Positions 26,450 to 39,018 of a DNA stretch of 64,000 nt are shown piece by piece. The first letter of the stretch is position 1, and the number at the start of each line of letters is the position of its first letter. This stretch comes from Heteronotia binoei. Lineage: Eukaryota. The DNA is taken from NCBI RefSeq assembly GCF_032191835.1, contig NC_083228.1:45694001-45758000 (forward strand), in the 5' to 3' direction. Below the pieces are notes generated by a model. That model saw only the letters and a program-made list of their open reading frames with translations, ran no database searches and had not been told where the DNA came from. A program made the position numbers and the translations under genes.

Positions 26450-26672
26450 TCAAAGTACTTGAAGGTGGTCATCATATCATCTCTCAGTTGCCTTCTCTCC
26501 GGGCTAAACATGCCCACCTCCTTAAAACTTTCTTCATAGGACTTGGTCTCCAGACCCCTCACCATCTTCATCGCCCTCCTCTGGACCCGTTCCAGCTTGT
26601 CTATATCCTTCTAAAAATGTGGTGCCTAAAACTGAACACAATACTCCAAGTGAGGTCTTACCAGAGCAGAGT
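26450..26672 (-). mobile_element. CR1 LINE fragment
   Basis: KMVRGLETKSYEE...FSPERRQLRDDM peptide and LGVLCSVLGT. Confidence 0.85.
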
Positions 26673-28575
26673 AAAAAGTATATGGGAACAAAAGATACAT
26701 TTTTTACATATGTGGATCCTAAATTGTGAAGGGATTTAGAGTTTATAAGCAGCAATTTGGACTAGATGAAGACATAAACTTATTACAATAACCAGGCTGC
26801 CACATTCTGAACCAGCTGCAGTTTCAATGTTATCTTCAAGGGCAGCTGTAGTTTTTGAGTTATCTTCAAGGGCAGCTATGACAACCTCATCCTCTTTCCT
26901 TCCTCTCATGCAGGATTTTTCCTCTGTTTTTCTCTTCCTTTCTGACTGAGCAGCCCCTTTATCTATTTTCTTTCTTCCCACTCTCCAGTGGGAAGCCTCA
27001 CCCCAACAACCATGAGCAGGTACAATATCCCAAACATGATGATGTCACTCAAAAGTGATGTCATCACATCAGGAACATCACACATGGTGATATTACCCTG
27101 CCCTCATACTCCTGGAAAGCTCCCTCCCATCTCCCTCAACCTGTCAACCCTACCTAGTAAGAGTTAAATTTTCCACAGTTAGGGCTGAACTCAAACTGAG
27201 TTCTCTTCATCAGTCAGGTCCCAAGTCTTTCTGCTCAATTGATGCTAATAAATCAAATTCCTTTGAGCAGCCTGTCACTCAAGGCACTCTGGCTCTGTGA
27301 AGCATTAAACCTTCATAGTCCTTCACATGTTTGATGCTGTTAGTTGTGCAGCTAACACCACAGTGACACCTAGTGACAGAACACAATCACTATTATATAG
27401 CTTCTAAAAATAGCTTAGAGGTAGCGAAGCATACGTGAATCCCAGTCTTCAAAGGAAACAAACCAAAGTCTGCACTTCCAAAGCAATCACACAAATTCCC
27501 TCCTTGGGTTAAACTTCTCTTAAGGTTTCCAGTAGTCACTGATAAGGTTATACATTTGGAGAACACTGAGCTATAATTCAGCTTCTCATTGACTGTCTGA
27601 CTTATTTGAGCACCTGGTGATTTGATACAATGCTTAGATTCACTTAGGACTTTTTATGACTGCTAATTATGTATGAACATGAATATTTATCTCTGGTCCA
27701 CAAGAATTAAAGCTATTTTTGATTCTGAGTAATAGCAGGATGTCCATCTTATCAACAAAACTGAGTTCTTGGACTCAGAAAATGTTAGTTGTGGGGATTC
27801 TAGCACCCTTCTTCTAAAATACTGATCCAAGCAATACAGATAATTACACGTTTAGTTTTTGATAGCATTAACATTTAAAATCCATTCATATGGAAACATA
27901 CCCTACAAATGATTTGAAATACCAGAATAAAATTGCACTATAAATAAGTGCAAGCAAGTTGCACTATATTATTCATAAAAGAGATGTGAATTGATATACT
28001 TTGTTAATATTGGCATAAATGAAAATCCACTTTTTGTTTACATGTTATGGTTTCAGGGAGAGGATAGAGCAGAACAGTCTCATTACAATTCTAGCACCAA
28101 TGAAATAACTGCTCTCGTAGCTCTGTATTGAAAAAGGAGTATGTTGTAGAAGAGCTATTTTAAGTCTTATCGGTTAAGAAATATATTGCTATTCAGAAGC
28201 AGATGAAAGAAGCGTAAGGCTCCTAGCCTATAAATTTAGCTTCAGATATAGATAAGTCAATGTTGGTCACTCAAAGGATAAGAAGTGAAGGGGAGAGAAC
28301 CTTGAAAACAGTACAAATTTTATAACCTTCTTCTAATGAGTAGGATTTTTTATTATGTGATTCCAGCAGTTGTCAGAGACAAATGTTCAGAAAGCAGGGT
28401 TCCTCTTGAATTGTGCCTTGAATTTGCATTTATATCTTCTTGCAGCTTTCTCATTCAGGCAGTTGCCAAACACCTAGAGTTCTCACAGCCTTTATGGATA
28501 TTTGGTTATTTAATTGAAAAAACTGGTGTTGCCCCTGCCCCATTCTGGGAGGCCTCAATAAGACTAAAAGTCATG

Positions 28576-31500
28576 GGACTTCCGGGGTTAGAAAACAGCG
28601 GGCTGAGTTGTTTTCCCTAATGGGGACAGGCTGGCACTTCTGTTCAGGGTAGTAAAAGGCAAATTAATTCCTTCTGCCTACATTTCTCAGCTAGAGAATT
28701 GTCCAAGATATGCACAGATACTTTGAGGAGACTTATCTTGGCTGAAAGGGAGTCTTGGGGGGGGAGGGGCTCCTTTGAGGCTTTGAGGGATCTCCAGAGA
28801 GAAGTTGCATATTCATTGTCTGCAGAAGTTTCCAGAGTCATCAATTCGACAGGATCAAAACTTTCTTTTACAATTTTAAACATCTAATCGACAAAGGACT
28901 GGTGTTGATTTGGATAAACTATGGAAAAAAGGTACTGATTTCTATCTACTAATTAAAGTTAAACAAAACAAAAGTAAAAGGTGGAAATACTGAAAGCCTG
29001 AAAGGAGAAGAAGATAAGGGGCTAAATTTGAACTTTGTAAACTTAAAAGATAGTGTTAAAAGAAGAAAGGAATGTATTGTTTAGTCTATCTGTGGTTGAG
29101 GAGGCAGCCCCATCATTACAGATCTGCAGCGTTCACAGTCAACACAGGAAATATGTCAGATATCATGAGATTTCTCTACCAGTGAAACGAGATTTGAAGG
29201 CAAGAAAAGCAGGAAGTATTGGAGGAAGAAGAAGGAAGTCAACGAAGTAAACAGCCTACTCTAGGATTATAATACCAGAGAGAAACATCGGTGGCCATTG
29301 TTGTTGGGAGGACTACGTTTTAACATCATTTTTAAAGTGACTGGGACATTAAAAATTGGTGGAGTTAACAGATTTGGCAATTAAAAAATTACTACTGTTG
29401 GATAGTAGATGAGAAGACTTGAACTGGTAAAAGGGAAAAAAGAATTTTTTTTTAAAGTGAAGCAAAAGTTGTGACTGCCATTTTGGGAGAAATAAAAGCT
29501 TTAAACATTAATATCTGAGCCTGGGAGGCTCAGAGGACAGCGAAATTGGGTGCATTGGAAAGGGCAAGCTTCACTTTATCAAACCTGATGGTTCAAATTT
29601 AATTTGTTGAGATCAAAATTTTTGATCTTTTTTTACATGTCAGTCTCAAAACAATCTCATGCTAGGTCTGCTTCAATAGAGAAAATGCAAGCCCAATTAG
29701 ATGCAATGGAAGCTAGGATAATGAAGGGGGTGAAAGAAATGATAACTGCCTCTAAAAAAGAAATAAGAAAGGATATTGAGAACTCAAAAAAGAATTAAAA
29801 AAAGAAATAGAGAATCTCAGAAATGACACTGTGGTAATAACAAAGAAAGTACAAGAAGTGGAAGAGAGAGTGAAAACACATGACTCCACCTTGTTAAAAT
29901 TACAAGAAAAAGTGACAATTCATGACTGCAAACTGATGGAAACTCAGATTCATCTGAGAGGTGTACCTGAAGATGAAGAATCAGGCCTGAAAGAATACAT
30001 AATAAAAATAATTGCAGAATTTTTGGAGGAAGATCCTGAAGAGAATAGAAATATGTATGACTATATGTATAGAGTAAATTCACTCTATGCAAAAAAGAAC
30101 AATCTACCAAGAGATGTGGTCATAAGATTTATGACAAAAGAAATGGTGGGAAAGATCATGAATAGAAACTTTGAAAAGTCATTGATAGTGGGAAGCAGTA
30201 GAATAAGAATTATGAAAGGACTGCCAAGACAAGTGCTAACTGATAGAAAGGCATATAAAAAAATGACAAAAAATTACATGACAATGGAATGAGGTACAGA
30301 TGGATAATACCTGAAGGTTTGAGCTTTGAACTTCAAGGGAAAAGGATTACAAACACAAATACACAGAAACTGCGTAGATTTTATGAAGAAAATAAAGAAT
30401 TTGCACCATAATGGATTGCAAATTGATATCTTGGAATGTAAATGTACTAAATTCACCACAAAAAAGAAAGGCAACATTTCATTGGACAAAAAAACAAAAT
30501 TGTAATATAGTATGTTTACAAGAAGTGCATATTAGACAAAAGGATTATACATTTCTGTGGAATAAACAATTGGGACTAGAATTTTTTACATTGGCTGAAC
30601 AGAAGAACAGAGAAGTAGTCTTTTATATTAAACAAGAATTAGACCCGACATTGGTATTTAAAGATAAAGATGGAAGGTATATAGCGGTAGAAATTACTTT
30701 GAATGCCAAAAAAAAGTTGTTGTTGGGACTTTATGTCCAAATGGTGCTAAAGACATTTTCTTTAAAAATATTACACAACATCTTGATGAAGTGACCTATG
30801 AGCAAATTTTATTGATGGGGGACTTTAATGGAACAATTCAGAACACAATAGATCTGGGAAGAAAAAAAATGATAAAGAACGGAAATTGCCAAAGTCTTTT
30901 TTTGAGAGTTTGGAAGATATAGGGAGGAAGTTTAACCCTGAAGTACAGAACTATACCTTCCTTTCAGCTAGACATAGTTCTTTCTCTAGAATTTACATGT
31001 TGTGGGGTACTAAAGATTTGGGACTTATAACAAAGAAAATAGAGATATTACCTAAAATAGGAGCTGATCATAACCCAATAATGTAGATTACAAAACTGTC
31101 AAAAAAGTCAAGAAGATGGAGATTAAATGAAGATTTACTACAAAATAAAGAAATAGTGACATCTCTAGAAAATGAAACCAAAGTGTACTTCCAAGTAAAT
31201 GACAGAGAAGATATAGAATTTCAGAAGGTATGGGATGCCTACAAGGCAGTAATGAGAGGATTACTAATAACATTGAATAATAAAGACAAGAGAGCAAAAG
31301 ATAAACAGATGTTAGACATTCAAAATGAAATTAAGAAAAAAGAAGGTGAATTAAGGAAAAGGCCAGGGGGAAAGAAAATTATAAGGGAGATTACAATATT
31401 GCAAGCACAAATGAGACATCTGTTAAATAAATAATTGGAATGGAATTTGAAGAAATTAAAACAGAAATCTTTTGAGGGAGCAAATAAACCTGGAAAATAT

Positions 31501-34447
31501 TTGGCCAGGCAATTGAAGAAAAAAAGAGAAAGTAAAATTATTAATAAAATTGTGGCTGATGGAAGAGAGATGGTAGATCAAGAAAGAATAAAGAGAGAAT
31601 TTTTTAAAATATTGTGCTAAACTATTTAAAGGTGTTAAAGTAAAGAAGGAAAAGATGGAAGCATATTTGCAGAAGATTAAAATAGCACCCTTAACTGATT
31701 ATACAGAAAAAGTTTTGAATGATCCAATTGAAAAAAATAGAAATTGAAGTGGCGATTAATGCAATGAAAATTGGAAAGGCAGCTGGACCAGATGGATTTA
31801 CAGCAAAAAAATTAAAAACGTTTAAAGAAGAATTAATACTGAAACTTCAAAAATTAATGAATGTAATAAGAATAAATGGGAAAATACCAAATACAAGGAA
31901 GGAAGCAGTAATTTCGTTGATTCCAAAGGAAGATAGAGATGTCACTAATGTAAAGAACTATAGGCCAATCTCATTATTAAACAATGATTATAAGATATAC
32001 ACAAGAATCTTAGCAGAACAGCTTAAACAATATCTAATAAACTTTATAAAGGAAGACCAAGCAGGTTTTCCCCTAAAAGGCAAATAAGAGACAATAGTAG
32101 AACTGTTGTAAATATTGTAGAATACTATGGAAGATATCTAGAGAAGGAAGTTGCATTATTCTTTGCGGACGCAGAGAAAGCTTTTGATAATTTGAATTGA
32201 GACTTTATGTTTGCAGTAATGGAGAAAATAAAGTTGGGGGAAACCTTTATAAGAATGAGAAAAGCAATTTATACTGAACAACGTGCAAGGTTATGTATAA
32301 ATGCATTTCTTACAGAAGAAATGACAATCAGCAAAAGTACAAGGCAAGGTTGTCCGCTTTCACCATTGTTGTTTATAATGACTCTTGAAATCTTATTGCT
32401 GCAAATACAAGATGATGAAAAAAATGAAGGAATGAGAATTAAAGGATTTTCCTATAAATATAGAGCATTTGCAGATGATATAATGTTTATAAGTGAAAAT
32501 CCTATGCAAGTAACACCTTTGTTGTTAGCCAAATACAAGATTTTGGAGAATTGGTGGGACTTTATGTTAATAAAGAAAAGAAAAAAAATTGTGTAAAAAT
32601 ATGCACGTAAGTAAACAAAATGAATTGCAGAGATTAACGGGATGTGAAGTTACCCCTAAAGTAAAATATTTGGGTGTGGAAATAGAAATGAAGAATATTG
32701 ATCTGTTTAAATACAATTATGAAAAGTTATGGTGTAAAATGGACGAAGATATGATAAAATGGAACAAACTTAATTTGTCATTGCTTGGTAGAATAGCTGC
32801 AATTAAGATGAACATTTTGCCGAGAATAATGTATTTTGACAGAGAATTTATATGTAGTTCTCTGAAGGGGCTGCTAAAGAACAGGAATGGGAACACAGGA
32901 ATTAGCAGACAAGAGACACAACTGTAATTACAGTAAATATATATTTACCAGGACAGCATCCAATATTCAAAGTCGTTGCCAAGCCAGGGTCATACACAGT
33001 AAGCAGTCCAGGAAAAAACAAGGATTAAAATGAAAGGTTTAACAAATGCTAAAGAAAGAGGAGGATTTCAACTACCAGATTTAAGATTATATCATGAAGC
33101 AGTTTGTCTAGTGTGGATAAAAGATTGGGTGACGCTGTTGAATAAAAAACTTTTAACGTTGGAAGGTCATGGAAATAAATTCGGCTGGCACACTTATATG
33201 TACTATGGAAAGAAAAAGTTGGATTTTTTTTCTCACCATTATATAAGAAATAATCTACTAAATATTTGGATGAAATACAAGAAATATGGCGATGAGAGAA
33301 AACCACTATGGATAGTGCCAGCAGAAGTTATAAGAATAACAGCTGAGACAGGAGAGGATAAGGGATGTCATATAATCAATTACTAAAAATACAAAGCGGT
33401 AAAATAGAATTGAAAACTGCTGAAGAGTTGAATAATAAATATGATTGGTTTCAAATGCAACAAATAAAAAGTTTAGTGGAAAGTGATGTTAAAACTGAAG
33501 GAATAAGACGAGAACAAACAGAAATGGAAAAAGTTCTGCTTGGAGATAATGAAAAATTAATTTCAAAAATCTGTAAGTTACTTTTAAAATGGTCTATGGA
33601 AGATGAAGTAGTGAAATCTCAAATGATTAAGTGGGCAATTAATGTAAATAAAGAAATACAGATGGACACATGGGAATATTTGTGGAAGAACTCTATGAAA
33701 CTCTCAACATGTCAGAGTATTAAAGAAAATTGTTTTAAGATGATGTACAGATGGTATATGACTCCTAAAAAGTTGGCAAAGATGAACAATAAGATGCCAG
33801 ATAGATATTGGAAATGTAAAAAACATGAAGGTTCTTTCTACCATATGTGGTGGACTTGTGAAAGAGCAAAAAAGTATTGGCAGATGATTCAACAAGAGAT
33901 TTCTAAGATCTTGGGATATGAATTTAACAAAGTTGCAGAGACTTTTCTGTTGGGATTACAAATGGAAAAATTTCCAAAAGAAGATAGAACTTTAATCTGG
34001 TACTTGCTCTCAGCTGCTAGGACATTGTATGCACAGTTGTGGAAGCAAGAAAAAATACCAGAGAAATGGGATTGGATTGTAAAAGTTATGGCATGGAGTG
34101 AAATGGACAAGTTAACAAGAACCTTAAGAGACTATGATTTAGAAGTATTTAAGATGGAGTGGAAAAAGTTCAGACGATACGTAGAAAAAGAGTGGAAAAT
34201 AAAAGGACATTGGACAATTTTTGATAATGACTAAGTAAAAGAGGGAGGAGGATATTAATTTTGGTTCTTATTAATTAAGGGTACCTTTAATATTAAGATT
34301 TTAAGTATATAACACCAGTGGGGGTCAAGTAACGGGGGGAGGGGTGGGTAGAAAGTAATATATGGGATAGATAAAAAAATAATTATTAATGATGAAAGAA
34401 CTTGAAATTTATTACCATATGTTACTAATAAAATTGTTTGAAACAAA
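28576..34447 (+). mobile_element. Full-length degenerate L1 (non-mammalian type) with 19-bp TSD
   Basis: Starts GGACTTCCGG. ORF1 remnants ~29634-30410. ORF2 ~30411-34234 with APE motifs (ISWNVN, VCLQEVH, GADHNP), RT (TRQGCPLSPLLF, AFADD) and CCHC (WKCKKHEGSFYHMWWTC). AATAAA and A-rich end. TSD AATAAGACTAAAAGTCATG at 28557-28575 and 34448-34466. Confidence 0.97.
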
Positions 34448-35544
34448 AATAAGACTAAAAGTCATGCAAGCATAGGATATGGTCTGGGTTTGTAAGAGAC
34501 ATTCATAACGGGAGCATTTACCTTATTGGCACATTTTGTGAGCACACAGAAAAGAAGTTATTCTGAAGTTTTAACTTATGGTGCTCAAAAGACAGAATGG
34601 AATGTATCCTAGGATCTAGCTCAATGCAAAACAAAGGCAGCTGAGCATACAGGGAATTTCCCTAAGTAACAAAGAAGTGGATGTGTCACAAGGGGTAATC
34701 ATGAGTAGAAAATAATGATCTCCATATGGTTCACTTATGTTGTTGATCTTTTGGATGCTCAAATACCAGCTGTTTCCATATCAGCAAGCTATTCCACTGT
34801 CCCAGAGTTATGGATTCTGAAAGGATCTCCAGATGGAACTCTAGAAAAGTTGCCTTTAGAAATAAGTGCCTTACTGGTGAACATTGCTTAATTCAAGAAG
34901 GGATCAAGAGGAGAAGCAGAATATGTACCACTTTCCAAGACCATATGTATCACAGTAAGAGACGTTTAGCAAGGAATTAATGGTTTTCAAAACAGTTGTA
35001 AGAAAAAACCAAATTCACTAAACCTTATATTTGCCCCAAAACATCACAGCATTTGTTAATGTAATGTAATGTCATGTAATAGATTTTTTTTAAAGAAATC
35101 ACTGTTTCTAAATTCATTTAGATTTTTTAAAGAGAATCAAGGATTTTTTTTCTAAATGCATCTCAAAGAAGTGAGCAAAAGTCACATAGCATACAATATA
35201 GTTTAATGTATCCACTGATCCTGGGGGGGAAATTGTCTGTCTTTGTTTGATCTCTGATTTTAAGGGTATTAATTTAAGTTGAAATCACTTTAATTGGTCT
35301 CATTCAGCTGTTAGATGCATAGGCTTTCAATAAGCAGATGAGACTCATCTTTACACTATAGGGTTCAGAGGACCCTGTTGAAGTTAGGGTCTTACTCGTG
35401 CACTTCTATGGCTGCATTGGACCCTGTATAGGGTCTGCACTGATCTAAACATGTTTAAGAGCAGAGTGTTAGCAAACCACAAAGTGAGGGTGGTTTTTTT
35501 TTTTTTTTGCTTTGGTCAGAAATTAATGTGAATATGTTTAATTA

Positions 35545-36055
35545 AATAATTAATTTTTATTTTACAAAATCTGTGTCCCTACAGAGCTAAAATAAATAAA
35601 AAGGCAAAAATAATTGAAACATTGGGTAGGAAGGAGGGATAACTGAGGAAACACCAAACTAAACAAAAAAGTTTTCACCTGCTAGTGGAAGATGTCAACA
35701 GAAGTGGGTAGATGAATCTCTCTTGGAAGGGAGTTCCAGGGTTTTGGTGCCACTACTGAGAAGGCCCTCTCCTGGGCTACCACCTGCCTAAACTCAGAAG
35801 ACAGGGGCATTGAAAGCAGGGCCTCCGAAGATGTCCATTGGGTGGATTCATAAGGGACTAGTCAGTCCTTCAGGTATGTTAGTCCTAAACCATTTTGGAT
35901 TTTAAAGGTCAACACCAGCATCTTGAATTGTGCTTTGAAACAAATTGAGAGCCAATGCAGATGAGCTAAGATTGCAGTGATATGGTCCTTATGACACAAT
36001 CCAGTCAACATCCCGGCTGCAGCATTCTGCACCTGTTGAAATTTCCAAATTTTAT
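35545..36055 (-). mobile_element. L2 LINE 3' fragment
   Basis: QQVQNAAAGMLTG...HITAILAHLHWLSI...FKMLVLTFK. Confidence 0.85.
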
Positions 36056-36574
36056 TCTTACAGCAACCTGTGAGGGAAAAAAAAAATGTGTTATGTGGGC
36101 AAAGTGTGATTGATTTTCTTTGTGTTTTCTTTAAGTATAAAAAATGATGGGTGGGAGTGCTTCTCCGCCCTGACTGGCTCAAGCCTCTCTGCACCCTCCA
36201 CAAAAGGAAGCAGGAATATCTTGTCTTGAGAATTGTTTTTGTTCTAGTTAGCACTAGGATTGCCAATGAATAGTATATGAAAGACTCTTGCCTTCCTTTA
36301 CTTCCCTGTTCCTCATTGTGTTTCTTGTCCTTCAGTATAATTGATCCTTGATTGGTTCTTTCTTGATTTCTGGATCAGATTCCACAATAGACCAGATTAT
36401 ACAAATACATTTTATGCCTCGCTTAACCTCAAGAGAATCATCCAAACAATACTTTAGGACACTTGGAAGAAAACAGAAAGACATTTCAGAATCAGAAGGG
36501 CAATTCAAGATCCAGAGAAGCAACTTGCAAATGTAAAGCTAAAATGCAACACACAAAATTAGTAAAACAAGATA

Positions 36575-36700
36575 GATTCAGATGAGTAGCCATGTTGGTC
36601 TGAAGCAGCAGAACAATGTTTGAATCCAGTGGCACCTTTAAGACCAACAAAGTTTTATTCTGGGTGTAAGCTTTCATGTGCACACATAGTTCTTCAGGTA
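36575..36700 (+). repeat. Penelope-like terminal fragment (tentative)
   Basis: TAGCCATGTTGGTCTGAAGCAGCAG...GGCACCTTTAAGACCAACAAAGTTTTATTC. Confidence 0.5.
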
Positions 36701-37429
36701 TTCTTTAGTAAAATAAGATTTACTCATATCAAATAGCAATAGCACTATGTGCTGGACCTCCATGGATGGAAGGATCTCCTGTTAGCAGAATGGAACTTCT
36801 CATATTTTGCTTCCACCACAACCACAATGATCTCTGAAACACAGCTCCTGAAGGAAAAGGGAGCCCCAGGAACTGGATGAAGGAAAGTCAGAGATTTGCA
36901 GAAAGAAGGGAAGAATCAGCAACCCTCTTCAGTTAGAACAGAAAACCGGCCCCTTCCCAGCCAGGCCGGCTCACCGGCTAGAGGCTGGGGGCCGCGCTTG
37001 CCCTCCCAGAAGGAGGGAAAGCTGGTCCCCGTTATTTCCAGGCATGTGGGTAGGCTTCTGGGCGAGGCATCAGGGCTATAAAGGCCCTGGCCCCACCCAG
37101 TTCCACACAGTGGAAATTTGGCTCTTGGAGGGAGAGCAGCTGGTCGTCGGTATCGCATGGCTGGAGCCTGGGCGCGGCAGTGCATGCGAGGCCCTTAAGA
37201 GGACACACGGAGGTGCAGTGGGCTCAGTGCGCTAGCGACAGCTTGAGCACTGGGTTGCCCAGCGAACTGCAAGTTGGGGGGGTTTCTTGTGACAAATTGG
37301 GAGTGCTTTTTAGGGGTGCATGTGCCAGGCCAGCAGCTTTTCACACACACACACACCCGGGACCAGGAGTGGGACTCACACCCACCCCCCTTGCACTTAA
37401 TAGGGAGAGGGAGCCTTAGTCTTGGGGAC

Positions 37430-38812
37430 TGCCCCCCCCCAAAAAAAAAGAAAAGAAAGAAAGAGGAGCGTGTGCAGCGGACCCCCTCCTTTTTGGCGCT
37501 GATTGGTGAAGTTGACTTTTGAAAAGGAAGTGCTGGCTCATCTCTCTGCGTTACAGGGCATGGTCGTTGGCTCGGATATGCAGCAGGAATCGGATCAGGA
37601 AGCAGAGGTGGATACAAGAGAGGCCCTTGATGGGGAGCCTGTGGACCCCGGCGCAGGAGGGGCGGTGGTGGAGACAACCCCGGTGGTGGCAGTGGCTGTT
37701 ATCCCTTCGGGGATAGCAGGTAAGTTACCATTGCAACAGCAGCCGCCGACCTGGCCATGCGGCCTCCCCCAGCTGTCGGTTATCCATAATACACTGTATA
37801 TGGCGGGGTCACTGCCTGGGCAGCTGGCCCCTCCTGGGCAATACTGTCAGGCGGGACCTTCTTGGGCTTGGGGTGCACCTTTTGCCCCACTTCAAAGCCA
37901 GAATATGGCGGGTTCTGCCTCACAGCCCCCTTTGCAGTCGGCGGCTATGCCAGCGTCACAAGGTGCATCTACCTCACAGTCCGCACCGGGCATGCTGCCG
38001 TGGGGTGAGCAGCAGCAGTTGCTGCAACAAGGGGCATGGTCGGGGCACCCTTGGGGTGTGTGGCATTATCCACCGAGTCCTTATGGGTCTTGCCATATGG
38101 TGACACCGCATTGCCCCTGGGTGATCATTTGGCAATGGCTACCCAGGAAAAAATACTGAGAGGTGAATGCGGGGATGTTTTCAGTCTCCTATTTAGAGAG
38201 CTAGAAAAGAAAGACAGAGGAGCTAGACGACAAGGAGAAGGAGAAGCTGAAGCCTAGAGAGGTGGACAGGACTTGGGCCAACTGGCTGCCAGGTTTTCTG
38301 ATTTATGCTGGAATAATTGCAAGGGCACAACCTTTACAGGCAACAGCCCTTTTTCAGTATGTGATATTATCCACCATGCATATATGGACTTCGTTGGGGC
38401 CGCATGGTTGCAATATGACGAGGCCTTCAGAATGAGGGGGGCAGTCAATCCTGGTCTTCCCTGGGATCAAATTAATCAGCAACTCTGGCTGCAGTTAATG
38501 TCCCCGGCGAAGCCCAATACAGGTGATAGGGTGGATAGTGGGCATTTGGTGCACAGGCAGCAGAATACGGTTGGTGCCCGCAGTACGGCGGGCCAGTCGG
38601 TTCAACCTTGGCTGCTATGCTGGGAGTTTACCTCCAAGGGCATGTGTGCTAGAAAAGCCTGTAAATTTAAACACTATGCGGGGGGTCACATGCCTTCTCA
38701 GCTTGTAGCAGGTCAAAAACTAAGGGGAATGCCAAGCGCCCCGGTGGAGGGAGCAATCCGCAGCCGCCTGGAAAAGGGGCCCAGCCCCATATGTCTGAAA
38801 GTTCTTAGATAG
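37430..38812 (+). pseudogene. Ngaro gag-like ORF1 (frameshifted)
   Basis: Pieces: PPKKKKRKKEE, VLAHLSALQ, P/Q-rich linker, KILRGE.DVFSLL, AWLQYDEAFRMRGA, and CWEFTSKGMC...CKFKH finger. Confidence 0.85.
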
Positions 38813-39018
38813 TGGTTGGGTAATTATCCCGTGGTTGCCGACAGGGCCTATTTACTAGAAGGATTTAGCTTTGGTTTTAGGATTTCGTATCAGGGACCTA
38901 GAGTCCCTTGTATGGCCCCCAAACTTTGTTCGGTGATTGGGATGGAGCATGTGGTTAGGGCAAAAAAGCCAAGGAGTGTTCGGAGAGGAGGGTTCTTGGA
39001 CCCTTTGACGCCCCACCA

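Noticed and set aside
26829-26877. 30-bp-period duplication (AALEDN twice in the minus ORF)
   Set aside because: Short tandem duplication; the ORF is otherwise low-complexity.
34770-34954. 185-nt open frame between an AG and ACA|GTAAGA
   Set aside because: Weak acceptor and an unrecognisable peptide.
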